Assembly: GCA_015485355.1 (NCBI GenBank)
Contig: WFTQ01000035.1
Span: 19,572-83,571 of the forward strand
Direction of reading: 5' to 3'
Origin: a bacterium
GTDB taxonomy: Bacteria; Calditrichota; Calditrichia; RBG-13-44-9; J042
DNA: 64,000 bases
A model generated the notes under the pieces. It made no database searches, was not told where the DNA came from, and saw only the letters and a program-made list of their open reading frames with translations. Below, one piece after another: positions 10,604-19,659 of the stretch (position 1 is its first letter; each line of letters starts with the position of its first letter). The translations under genes and the position numbers were made by a program.

Positions 10604-12244
10604 TTACTCCAGTTCTCCAACACTTTTTTCCACATGGGTCACCAGTTGACCGCCGGCCACCAAACGCGTTAAAGCCTCCATATCCTCGTACAAAGGTCGA
10701 TCGGTGGTTAGCGGTTCGACGATTTCCCGAACCTTCCGGTAAGCGGCGCAGGTGCCCGTACCCAATACCGCGTCCGGATGCTGCGCCTTTCCCATTTCCT
10801 GCAGGCGCAAGTCGATGGCCTGGGCGGCAAACAACAACTCGATGGCCACTATTTTCTGGACGTTTTCCAGTATTTGCCAGGCCTTCCGGGCGGCTACCGG
10901 GGCCATGCTTACATGGTCTTCTTGATTCTCGCAGGTGGGGATGGAATCCACGCTGGCGGGATGCGCCAGCGATCGATTTTCGGCTACCAGGGCGGCCGCC
11001 GTGTATTGAGCAATCATCAGTCCGTTTTCCAGACCCCCATTTTTACACAAAAAAGAGGGCAATCCCTGATTCAGGTGGCGATCCGAAAGTCGAAAAATAC
11101 GGCGTTCGGCAATGCTACCCACTTCGCAAAGGATAATGCTCAGAAAATCCGCCGCAAAAGCGATGGGCTGCGCATGGAAATTTCCGCCGGAAAGGGCCTT
11201 GTTCTCTTCATCCAGCTCCGGCACAATGATGGGATTATCGGTGGTGGCATTCAGTTCCACCTGCAAAATGCGGCGGATGTAGTCCAGGGTGTCCCGCACA
11301 CCGGCCAGTACCTGGGGATGACAGCGCAGGCTGTAGGCATCCTGCACCCGTTCCGGATGGATATTGACCCACCGGCTTCCCTGAATCAGTTTCCGGATGT
11401 TACGGGCCGTGGCCAATTGGCCTGCATAGGGTCGAAGCTGATGAATTTCTTCTCGAAAGGCGCGACCGATGCCCAGCAATCCTTCCAGGGAAAGCGACAT
11501 GGCAATGTCGGCCGTTTTTACCAACCGGCGGGCCTGCTGATAGGCCAGGGTGAGCAGGGCCGTGGAAATTTGAGTGCCGTTGTTGAGGGCCAAACCTTCT
11601 CTGGCCTCCAGCACCACCCGGGGGATTCCCGCCCGCTCCATGGCCTCCTTGCCCGAAAGTAACACCCAGCGCTCCGTGGCCCCATCCAACCAGTAGGCTC
11701 TTCCGCTCCAATCCGTTTCCCCATCTTCCGGGGGACGACTCATCACTAAAGCCAGATGAGATAGCGGAGCCAGGTCTCCACTGGCGCCCAGCGAACCCTG
11801 TGAAGGAATCCAGGGAACCACATTCCTTTCCAACATTCGCAACAGGGTCTCCACCACTTCCACCCGCACCCCCGAAAATCCTTTCACCAGGGTCTGCGCC
11901 CGCAGTAACATGGCCGCACGAACCACTTCGATCGGAAAGGGCGCACCGGTACCCGATGCATGACTCCGGATCAGATTGTGCTGAAGTGCTTTCAAATGCG
12001 CCTTACTGATGGACACCGTGGCCTTTGAACCAAAGCCCGTATTAATACCATACACAATCGGTGTCCCACTCTCCTGCAACCGCTCCACCCAGGCCCGACT
12101 TTTCCGCATGCGTCGAAGGGCTCCCGGAGCGATTTTCAAAGAAAGTTTTCGGCCATATGCCACAGCCTGCACCTGTTCCGGCGTCAGATTGTCCCCATCC
12201 AGAATCAGTGTGACCGTTCCCGTGGTATGCCCCGATTCGTCCAC
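10604..12244 (-). CDS. hutH: MIO-dependent aromatic amino acid ammonia-lyase, most similar to histidine ammonia-lyase
   Basis: 546 aa. YGINTGFG…GASGDLAPLSH carries the Ala-Ser-Gly MIO triad, and there is HAL-like similarity along the length (NGTQ, SLRC, NPII, SGGNFHA, QEDHVSM). It has a roughly 12-aa insertion just after the MIO motif compared with classical HutH. Confidence 0.8.
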   Translation of the reverse strand: MDESGHTTGTVTLILDGDNLTPEQVQAVAYGRKLSLKIAPGALRRMRKSRAWVERLQESGTPIVYGINTGFGSKATVSISKAHLKALQHNLIRSHASGTGAPFPIEVVRAAMLLRAQTLVKGFSGVRVEVVETLLRMLERNVVPWIPSQGSLGASGDLAPLSHLALVMSRPPEDGETDWSGRAYWLDGATERWVLLSGKEAMERAGIPRVVLEAREGLALNNGTQISTALLTLAYQQARRLVKTADIAMSLSLEGLLGIGRAFREEIHQLRPYAGQLATARNIRKLIQGSRWVNIHPERVQDAYSLRCHPQVLAGVRDTLDYIRRILQVELNATTDNPIIVPELDEENKALSGGNFHAQPIAFAADFLSIILCEVGSIAERRIFRLSDRHLNQGLPSFLCKNGGLENGLMIAQYTAAALVAENRSLAHPASVDSIPTCENQEDHVSMAPVAARKAWQILENVQKIVAIELLFAAQAIDLRLQEMGKAQHPDAVLGTGTCAAYRKVREIVEPLTTDRPLYEDMEALTRLVAGGQLVTHVEKSVGELE

Positions 12245-12374
12245 CCACCCCTCCTTTCATTTTCGTTTAACCGGCACGTTCATCCCTTCTAATCGAAACC
12301 TCTTGCCGTGTTTCTTTCCTGGTCAAGCTCCTGTTTCAAGGACCCGTTAAGGGAACCGTAGGCTGAATAGGCAC

Positions 12375-12671
12375 TCAGATTTCTTGGGTCAGCTCCAAAA
12401 ATCGCTTGTAGGGAATGGCGATCATGCTTTTTGCCTCGAAGGCTCCATTGGCCAGGCTGATCATGGAAACCTTGGCAGCCGTTTCCTCATCCGGCGCCTC
12501 ATAAATATCCATAAAATCATACTCTCCCAGAAGCGCATAATGGGCCAGAAAGTTCACTTCAGGACATTTTTCTTTTACTTGATCCAACCAGGCCCTTCCC
12601 AATTTTCCCCGCTCTTTCATCTGACGGGAAACCTCCGGGGGCAGTTTGGTGAACAAAACATACGTGGGCAT
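12375..12671 (-). CDS. GYD domain protein
   Basis: MPTYVLFTKL…LGEYDFMDIYEAPDEETAAK… matches the GYD family. A GGGAGGG RBS sits 7 nt upstream of this Met. The ORF track extends to 12725. Confidence 0.7.
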   Translation of the reverse strand: MPTYVLFTKLPPEVSRQMKERGKLGRAWLDQVKEKCPEVNFLAHYALLGEYDFMDIYEAPDEETAAKVSMISLANGAFEAKSMIAIPYKRFLELTQEI

Positions 12672-12771
12672 TACAGACCCTCCCTGTTTGGAGTACTCGG
12701 CTATTTTTGGGTTTAATTTGAACAATCAATCCGAAACATCCAACCCCAAACCGGTTACCGCATTTCCCAAC

Positions 12772-13644
12772 TTACAAACGGCCGATGGGCAGCACAGCCA
12801 GGGGTTCTTCCTGCGGCGGTAACTGAAGTATCGCTTGCACCTGATCATCGTAGAAGGCCCCTACCAGTACCGTTCCCAGCCCCAGGGAAGTACATTCTAA
12901 ATACACATTCTGTGCCGCATGCCCCACTTCCATCAGCACGTATCGTATCCCCCGCTGGCCGTACTTGGCGGTTGTCCGTTGAAAATCGGCGGCGATAATC
13001 AATACCAGGGCGGCATCGGCCACCCAGTGTTGCCCCAGGGCCGCAAGGCTGAGTTCCGATTGGACATCCCGTTGATGCACACCCAACAGCTGATGCGTTT
13101 GGGGCCGATAACGGTACACCCCTATCGGCAAGTGCCGCACGTTACCCGCCACCAAAAACACCTCCAATGGATACAGGGCCCCGGCGGAGGGAACACTCCG
13201 TAACCCTTCCGCCGATTGCGTAATCCCCTGGGCCGCCCATAACAGCCGCGATACTTCCCACAATTCCACCGCCTCCGAACTGTACACCCGCACCGAGCGA
13301 CGCCGGGCAATGGCCTCTCCCAAAGCCATCCCCTTACCGACCTCCACAGGCGGCAACTCGACAATCGATGCAAGTGAAGAAAATGAATCCCGATCCGCTG
13401 CCATGAATTTTCGCCCGCTGTTTCCAACAAAAAATTTACAGCAGAACAGCCGGAAAAGAAAGAGAATTCCCCCTCCCGAAAAACAACCCGGAATTTCAAA
13501 ACCATCCTCATGCCACTTTTTCATCGGGGTTTGGAGGGCGATACCCGCTGCCATCCCCGAATGTGCGGGAACATCATTCCCGTCAACATGAGTATGCATC
13601 CGAAGAGTTGCCTTCGGATTAACCCTTCCTGCAAAATCAACCAT
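12772..13644 (-). CDS. SagB-type dehydrogenase / nitroreductase-family protein
   Basis: The C-terminal roughly 230 aa (…RRSVRVYS…SVPSAGALYPLEVFLVAG…IGVYRYRP…) is a typical SagB/ThcOx nitroreductase-like domain. The start is uncertain; 13524 (MKKWHED) is a candidate. Confidence 0.65.
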   Translation of the reverse strand: MVDFAGRVNPKATLRMHTHVDGNDVPAHSGMAAGIALQTPMKKWHEDGFEIPGCFSGGGILFLFRLFCCKFFVGNSGRKFMAADRDSFSSLASIVELPPVEVGKGMALGEAIARRRSVRVYSSEAVELWEVSRLLWAAQGITQSAEGLRSVPSAGALYPLEVFLVAGNVRHLPIGVYRYRPQTHQLLGVHQRDVQSELSLAALGQHWVADAALVLIIAADFQRTTAKYGQRGIRYVLMEVGHAAQNVYLECTSLGLGTVLVGAFYDDQVQAILQLPPQEEPLAVLPIGRL

Positions 13645-13731
13645 TCAGGGGTTTTCCGAAACCTGCTCCGGCAAACCGCTTTTCCCGTACTCCGGTTGAA
13701 AAAAATATTAAAAAATTTTGCTTTTCAAGCA

Positions 13732-13747
13732 AAATGATAATTCATTA
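13732..13747 (+). promoter_or_regulatory. Fur-family (Fur/Mur) box in the mntH promoter
   Basis: AATGATAATTCATTAT, compared with the Fur consensus GATAATGATAATCATTATC. It lies about 35 nt upstream of the mntH ATG and overlaps a -10-like TATAGG. A second palindrome, TTTTGCTTttcaAGCAAAA, sits just upstream. Confidence 0.5.
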
Positions 13748-13780
13748 TAGGACCTTGAGATTACGAACGCCGACATAAGC

Positions 13781-15697
13781 ATGGCGGGTACAGGCAAACA
13801 GCCGCGGGGCGGTCGGCTGGACAACTTGGAAGGCCAGGTCTCGGTGGTGCGAAAGGGATGGTTTCGGCGATTATTCGCTTTTGTGGGACCCGCCTACCTG
13901 GTAAGTGTGGGCTATATGGACCCTGGCAACTGGGCCACGGACATCGAAGGGGGAGCCCGATTTGGTTACACTTTGATCTGGGTCTTGTTGATGTCCAATT
14001 TAATGGCCGTTTTGTTACAAACGCTCTCCGCCCGTTTAGGGATTGTCACCGGGTACGACCTGGCCCAGGGATGCCGGCGGGAATATCCCCGCCTCTTGAA
14101 CTACATCCTCTGGTTTCTGGCAGAAATCGCCATTGCCGCCACCGATCTGGCCGAGGCCCTGGGAACCATTATCGGGTTGAACCTTCTCATCGGTGTTCCT
14201 TTGATCTGGGGATGTGTGATCACCGCATTCGATACCTTCCTGTTGTTGGCCATCCAACGGCTGGGCGTTCGCAAAATGGAAGCCTTTATTGTTTTGCTTA
14301 TCAGCGTGATTGGAGGCTGTTTTCTGCTGGAAATTTTTTTATCGCGCCCCGACTGGCAAGGTATTGCGAATGGGTTTATTCCTCGTCTGGAGCCCGGGGC
14401 CCTGTACATCGCCCTGGGCATTATCGGCGCCACCGTCATGCCCCATAATCTTTATCTGCATTCGTCGCTGGTACAGACCCGGGCCCTCTTTAATACTCGG
14501 ACGAGCAAATCCGAGGCCACGCGATTCAACCTGATCGATTCCGCCATCGCCCTGAATGCGGCCTTCTTTGTCAATGCGGCGATCTTGATCATGGCCGCCG
14601 CCGTGTTTCACCGCCGAGGCATCGTGGTGACCGAAATCCAACAGGCTCATCAACTCCTGCAACCCCTGTTGGGGAATACCCTCGCTCCGGTTGCTTTCGC
14701 CCTGGCCTTGCTTGCGGCGGGGCAAAGCTCCACCCTGACCGGCACCCTCTCCGGACAGGTGGTAATGGAAGGCTTCCTGAACATCCGCTTGCGCCCCTGG
14801 CTACGCCGCCTGGTTACCCGAAGCATCGCTCTCATTCCCGCCATCATCGTCATCGCTGTTGCCGGAAGTAAAGGCACCTATAAATTACTGATCTTCTCCC
14901 AGGTCATCCTGAGCCTCCAGCTGCCCTTCGCAACCATCCCTTTGATCCATTTCACTTCCGACCCCGGCAAAATGGGAGCATTCGCCAACAAAACCGGGAT
15001 TAAGATGTTAGCCTGGACGGTGGCCGGAATCATCGTGGCCCTGAACATGAAATTGGTGCTGGACGAATTAGCCGGATGGTTATCGGGGGCCTCCCCTGTC
15101 ATGTACGTGATCGTCATCCCACCAGCGGTCTTTCTGTTCGGGGTGCTGGGATATATTACCTTTGCTCCTGTTGTGGGACAAAAACGCCTCTGGGAAAGGG
15201 GTTTGATCAGCACCAGCCGTCAGGTGGTGGAACGCATTCGTCCTATGAAATTCCATACCATTGGCGTAGCCGTCGAACACACGCCGGGGGATGCGGAGGT
15301 GATTTCCGCTGCCCTGACTCTGGCTCAAACTCATGCGGCACGCATCACCCTGCTGCATGTGGTGGATACCCCCGGCACCATGGTGTACGGACGCGAAGTC
15401 GCCTCCCGCCACAGTGAAGAGGACCGGCAATACGTGGAAGAGCTGGCCCGTTCCATCGAACACCAGGGATTAAAAGTCGACGTGATGATCCGTTACGGTA
15501 ATCCCATCGACGAAATCGTACAGGCAACCGAAGCCGCAGGGTTTGATCTCCTGGTTATGGGTGCCCACGGCCATCATGGGGTGGAGGACCTGGTATTCGG
15601 CCAAACGGCCACCAGCGTGCGCCACGCCGTAAAGATTCCCGTGCTGATCGTTCGCACCCGTCACCGGACACCCGAACGTCCCCAGAAAGAGCCCTGA
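13781..15697 (+). CDS. mntH: Nramp-family divalent metal (Mn2+/Fe2+) transporter fused to a C-terminal universal stress protein (UspA) domain
   Basis: 638 aa. The Nramp DPGN motif (GYMDPGNWATDIEGG) and 11-12 TM helices are followed by a roughly 140-aa Usp domain (…LLVMGAHGHHGVEDLVFGQTATSV…). Confidence 0.85.
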   Translation: MAGTGKQPRGGRLDNLEGQVSVVRKGWFRRLFAFVGPAYLVSVGYMDPGNWATDIEGGARFGYTLIWVLLMSNLMAVLLQTLSARLGIVTGYDLAQGCRREYPRLLNYILWFLAEIAIAATDLAEALGTIIGLNLLIGVPLIWGCVITAFDTFLLLAIQRLGVRKMEAFIVLLISVIGGCFLLEIFLSRPDWQGIANGFIPRLEPGALYIALGIIGATVMPHNLYLHSSLVQTRALFNTRTSKSEATRFNLIDSAIALNAAFFVNAAILIMAAAVFHRRGIVVTEIQQAHQLLQPLLGNTLAPVAFALALLAAGQSSTLTGTLSGQVVMEGFLNIRLRPWLRRLVTRSIALIPAIIVIAVAGSKGTYKLLIFSQVILSLQLPFATIPLIHFTSDPGKMGAFANKTGIKMLAWTVAGIIVALNMKLVLDELAGWLSGASPVMYVIVIPPAVFLFGVLGYITFAPVVGQKRLWERGLISTSRQVVERIRPMKFHTIGVAVEHTPGDAEVISAALTLAQTHAARITLLHVVDTPGTMVYGREVASRHSEEDRQYVEELARSIEHQGLKVDVMIRYGNPIDEIVQATEAAGFDLLVMGAHGHHGVEDLVFGQTATSVRHAVKIPVLIVRTRHRTPERPQKEP

Positions 15698-15715
15698 GCC
15701 GGGCGGAATCAGGGG

Positions 15716-16984
15716 CTAAAACCGATCCACACGAAAGGGGTGTATACAGATCTCGGGCGACCGTTCCAGCACCATGTCTGCCACTACTTTTCCCGTCCCC
15801 GTGGCCAGGGAAATCCCGATCATTGCGTGTCCCGTGGCTATGATCAGGTTGGGATAAGCGGGCACCCGACCCACAATCGGCAGCCCATCCGGGGTGCAGG
15901 GGCGCAGCCCTGCCCACAGCTGCCCCTTTTGCCGAGAAAAAGGCTCCAGTTCCGGTAAATACTTTTGCACACCTTTCCGAATGGCACGTATTCGGCGGTG
16001 GTTGATCTTCAATTGAAGCCCCGCCAGCTCCAGCGTACCGGCGAAGCGCAGTCGCCTTTGAAAAGGCGTTACCGCGATTTTCGTTTCGGTCAGAATCATA
16101 GGTACTGTAAAGACCGGTTTTTCCCAGGGGAACGTAAGGCTGTAGCCTTTTGCCGGCTGTACCGGCACATCCAAATCCATCGGCGCCGTGAGTTGCGGCG
16201 TCCAGGAACCCGCCGCCAGCACCACCTGACGGGCACGAACCCGGCCGTTCTCCAGCTGAAGTGCTTCAACCCGGTTCTTTCTGTGTATCAATTTTTGGAC
16301 CGCGGCATACTCGATGAACCGAACCCCCCGGCCCGATAAATAGCGGGCCATTCCTTTGACAAATGCTCCTGGATCCAGATGAGCGTCTTCAGGGAAAAAC
16401 AGTCCCCCCGGTGCGGGAGTGCGGATAGGCCCCAGCAGGCGAGCGAGTTGCTCCCGGGTTAAAAATTGGGCGGACACCCCCAATTCTCGGGCTTGCCGAT
16501 ACAATCCTCGAAGGTCCCGTTCCCCTGCACCGGTAAGATACAGCATCAGCAATCCTCGCTCCGACCATTCAAAATCAAATAAATCGGCCCGGCACAGGTC
16601 ACGAAAAAGAACCCGACTAAATTCCAGAAATTCTTTCAGCGGTTTTTTATGACGCTGAACCATTGAATGGGCGGCGGATCTTCGAAATTTCCACAACCAG
16701 GAGATCAGGTTCCAATCCAGCCGGGGTCGGATATAAAAGGGACTTTCGGGATGGAGCATCCAGCGCAAACCCTTTGCTACAATTCCCGGAGAAGCCAGGG
16801 GAATAAAATGACTGGGTGCAACCAGCCCCGCATTCGCAAAGGAACAGCCTTCTCCCATCGCCCCCCGGTCAACCACGACAACGTTTCCCCCCTCACGATG
16901 CAGGTAATAGGCGATACACAATCCAATAATGCCACCACCGACGACCACCACATCGGCGGACAGGTTCACCTCTGTTTTCCTCAT
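15716..16984 (-). CDS. FAD-dependent oxidoreductase, D-amino-acid dehydrogenase (DadA) family
   Basis: VVVVGGGIIGL dinucleotide fold and DAO-family architecture. I place the start at Met47 (MRKTEV…), which is preceded by GAGGAAAGAAGG. The ORF track extends to 17122. Confidence 0.75.
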   Translation of the reverse strand: MRKTEVNLSADVVVVGGGIIGLCIAYYLHREGGNVVVVDRGAMGEGCSFANAGLVAPSHFIPLASPGIVAKGLRWMLHPESPFYIRPRLDWNLISWLWKFRRSAAHSMVQRHKKPLKEFLEFSRVLFRDLCRADLFDFEWSERGLLMLYLTGAGERDLRGLYRQARELGVSAQFLTREQLARLLGPIRTPAPGGLFFPEDAHLDPGAFVKGMARYLSGRGVRFIEYAAVQKLIHRKNRVEALQLENGRVRARQVVLAAGSWTPQLTAPMDLDVPVQPAKGYSLTFPWEKPVFTVPMILTETKIAVTPFQRRLRFAGTLELAGLQLKINHRRIRAIRKGVQKYLPELEPFSRQKGQLWAGLRPCTPDGLPIVGRVPAYPNLIIATGHAMIGISLATGTGKVVADMVLERSPEICIHPFRVDRF

Positions 16985-17500
16985 CCTTCTTTCCTCGCCT
17001 TTTTTCGTGGTTAAAGAAAATAAACAGGCCCCCGCCGATTCTTTCAACAAAAGATTTTTTTTCATTATGACGGCACCCATAAGCCGGATGTTTCTCCCAA
17101 CCAGAGCGCGGGCGCCGCACACCTCAACCGCCGCCCCCCGAAGCCTTCTTCATCGGCAGCCCTGCATTTCATCCTATAGGATGGGTTACGGCACAACCGG
17201 CTGGAACGCTCTCTGGTGATCCACAATGCGATATGGAAAAAGGTCAAAAATTTTCCGGGGTTCCGGTAGGTATTGATGGGGAAGTTACCATTTAAAGCAT
17301 CAAACAATCCACCCTCAAATCGATTGATGCCCATGTCAGGGGCTTGCAGAGGGACTATCCGGCGAGAAACGCCCAACCCGAGACGCAAATAAGCGGGTCC
17401 GTTGCAGGCCCATACCGTTACCCTCCGCTGCCCTCCCACCTGATGGTGGGGTAGGGCTCCCGGAAAAAGCGCTGCAGTTTGTCAAACAGTCCCCACCCCC

Positions 17501-18631
17501 TTAAAATTGGGTGGACAACTGAAACATCAGAATACGGTCGTTGCCGGTATCCGCCACATACACGATCTGGTCTTCCAGAAACGGTAAAACGGCAATGCCT
17601 TTGGGCCCATTAAATTGTTTTTCTCCGCTGCCCGGTCCGACAACGGCCTGAAGCTGTTTTCCTGAGGGGGAAAAGCGGTAAAATCCGGGCGGGGGTTGGG
17701 TGGTATCGGGATCCGTAATCCGGCGGCCTTCATCCACAACAAAAATAAATCCCAGCCGATCCACCGCCACATCTTCAGGATTGTAAAATTTCTCCGGGTC
17801 ATAAATATCGGTACCGATCAAGTCGGTGTTGGGCGTGAGGAATTCGGACCCCTCAAAGAAATAGGAGGCGATGTATTGCACCTTAAAATTGTTACGCAGC
17901 AAACGGGTACGTCCGGTTTGGGTGAAAATAAAGGCTTTGGTGTCCTCGGCCCGGGTGGAAACATCCAGATAGCGTTCCCGCAGCGATACAATCCCCGTCG
18001 GTACAATCGCCGAATACAACCCGGTTCCATTCACATGCATGGGCAGGGGGCCCTTCAGGGTGTGGTCACCGCTGAAATCATAAATAAAACTAAATTCCTT
18101 GTAATTGGTGCTGGAGTCCGCCGTGTCGATCACCGTCACGTAATACTCAAATCCGGTGTGCACGGTGATGCCGGTAAACTGTCGGGACGGTTCGCTGGAT
18201 TGTTCAAAAACCTTCTCGACCGGCGCCTCCCAAATACGATGGCGATATTTGACCAGGTCGATGCGGTAAACGGCGTTGGTTTTGTTGACAATCAACAGCT
18301 GCAAACTATCGTTTTGGGTAATGGCCTCGGGATGGGGGATGTATTGAGAAACGCCTTGAATTCCCCCTCCCAGATCCATCATAACGATCCGATCGTTACC
18401 CGTGTCGGCAATATAGAGAAAATTATCGGCTCCCAGATAAATGTCCGCGGGTTTGCTGAAGTCATAGCCATGTTCTCGATCCAGGGGAGGATTCAATTGC
18501 ACATAGGTTTCTTTTCCCACATTGGAATACTGATCCTCCGCCGGAGGGATATTGGGCAGAGGAAGTTTTTCGTGGGCACATCCGATCCACAGCAGTCCCA
18601 CAGCCAGCCACGCGATCATTAAACATCTCAT
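17501..18631 (-). CDS. NHL-repeat lipoprotein
   Basis: 376 aa. Signal peptide plus lipobox (LLWIGC). NHL-type repeats (YIADTGNDRIVMM, YVADTGNDRILMF). Confidence 0.65.
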   Translation of the reverse strand: MRCLMIAWLAVGLLWIGCAHEKLPLPNIPPAEDQYSNVGKETYVQLNPPLDREHGYDFSKPADIYLGADNFLYIADTGNDRIVMMDLGGGIQGVSQYIPHPEAITQNDSLQLLIVNKTNAVYRIDLVKYRHRIWEAPVEKVFEQSSEPSRQFTGITVHTGFEYYVTVIDTADSSTNYKEFSFIYDFSGDHTLKGPLPMHVNGTGLYSAIVPTGIVSLRERYLDVSTRAEDTKAFIFTQTGRTRLLRNNFKVQYIASYFFEGSEFLTPNTDLIGTDIYDPEKFYNPEDVAVDRLGFIFVVDEGRRITDPDTTQPPPGFYRFSPSGKQLQAVVGPGSGEKQFNGPKGIAVLPFLEDQIVYVADTGNDRILMFQLSTQF

Positions 18632-18650
18632 CGGTTCTCACCCTGATTGA

Positions 18651-19646
18651 TTAAAATTGAACTTGAAGAGCAAAGCGGTTGACATAACCCAGACGCCCGA
18701 AATTGGTGAATGCATAATCCAACCGAAAATCGGCGGTTTTCATGGGCAGCCGCAATCCAAACCCGGCGGAAAAATTCTCTTCCACCCGGGCGGTTTTATA
18801 TCCGGCCCGTAACGCCAACACATCGTTCCACCAGTACTCCAATCCAAAGTTAAGGTTTTCTTTATTGTCGTTAGGATGATCCAGTTGCACCGAAGAGGTT
18901 AACTTCGAATTTTCGGTTTCCATCAACTCCATGGCGATACCGATGCGAAACATGGTTGGGGGACTGAAGGACTGGAAAGATTTTACGGTGACTTTTTCAT
19001 TTTGCAGATTGACATACTCCACGGTGCCCGTGGGTGCAATGTCGGAACCAAAGTTTGTGACCGCCACGGCAAATCGAATCGAGCGCCATCCGGTTTTATA
19101 ATACGTTCCCAGGTCGAACAGAAAAGCCCGCATGGTGAGTTCGGCGATGTTTTCCTGCATCACCTTGGCGGTGATTCCGAAGCTGAATTTATCGGTCATA
19201 TTTCGGGCGTAGGTCAATCCCACCATAAAGTCCCCGAAACTGAACTTCCGACCGGTGCCCAGGGGCATGAGCTCGGTGGTTTCCATCATCTCGTCGGTGT
19301 GCAAATAAGTGATGGCGATCCCAACAGAATTGGCGGGGTCGAGATGATAGACCGCGCCGGCGAATTCCAGTTTAATATCCACCAGCCATTGAATATGGGA
19401 GGCAATCAGGGCATTTTTCCGGAACTGGCTGATGCCGGCGGGATTCCAGTAGAGGGCTTCGGCATCGTTGGCGATGGAAATGAACGCTTCGCCCATGCCA
19501 ATCGCCCGCGCCCCCACGCCGATTTTTAAAAATTGTGCCGCCGAGGTTCCCACCCGTTGTCCTCCCAAGTTGGGGATCAACTGGGCCCAACCCGTCGCCC
19601 CCAGTACAAGCAGCATCACAAGAACATGGAACTTTCTCATCGTCAA
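18651..19646 (-). CDS. outer-membrane beta-barrel of the PorQ/PorV (T9SS-associated) family
   Basis: 331 aa with a signal peptide. The N-terminal G…SAAQFLKIGVGARAIGMGEAF…ALYWNPAGIS matches the motif I recall for PorV/PorQ and UPF0164 barrels. Alternating beta-strand pattern and a C-terminal aromatic residue. Confidence 0.5.
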   Translation of the reverse strand: MTMRKFHVLVMLLVLGATGWAQLIPNLGGQRVGTSAAQFLKIGVGARAIGMGEAFISIANDAEALYWNPAGISQFRKNALIASHIQWLVDIKLEFAGAVYHLDPANSVGIAITYLHTDEMMETTELMPLGTGRKFSFGDFMVGLTYARNMTDKFSFGITAKVMQENIAELTMRAFLFDLGTYYKTGWRSIRFAVAVTNFGSDIAPTGTVEYVNLQNEKVTVKSFQSFSPPTMFRIGIAMELMETENSKLTSSVQLDHPNDNKENLNFGLEYWWNDVLALRAGYKTARVEENFSAGFGLRLPMKTADFRLDYAFTNFGRLGYVNRFALQVQF

Positions 19647-19659
19647 ACCCTATTGTCGT

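Noticed and set aside
10778-11662. 294-aa plus-strand ORF
   Set aside because: Antisense to the HAL-like gene. Gly/Arg-rich, typical of a shadow ORF on a GC-rich coding strand.
17696-18622. 308-aa plus-strand ORF
   Set aside because: Antisense shadow of the NHL lipoprotein gene.
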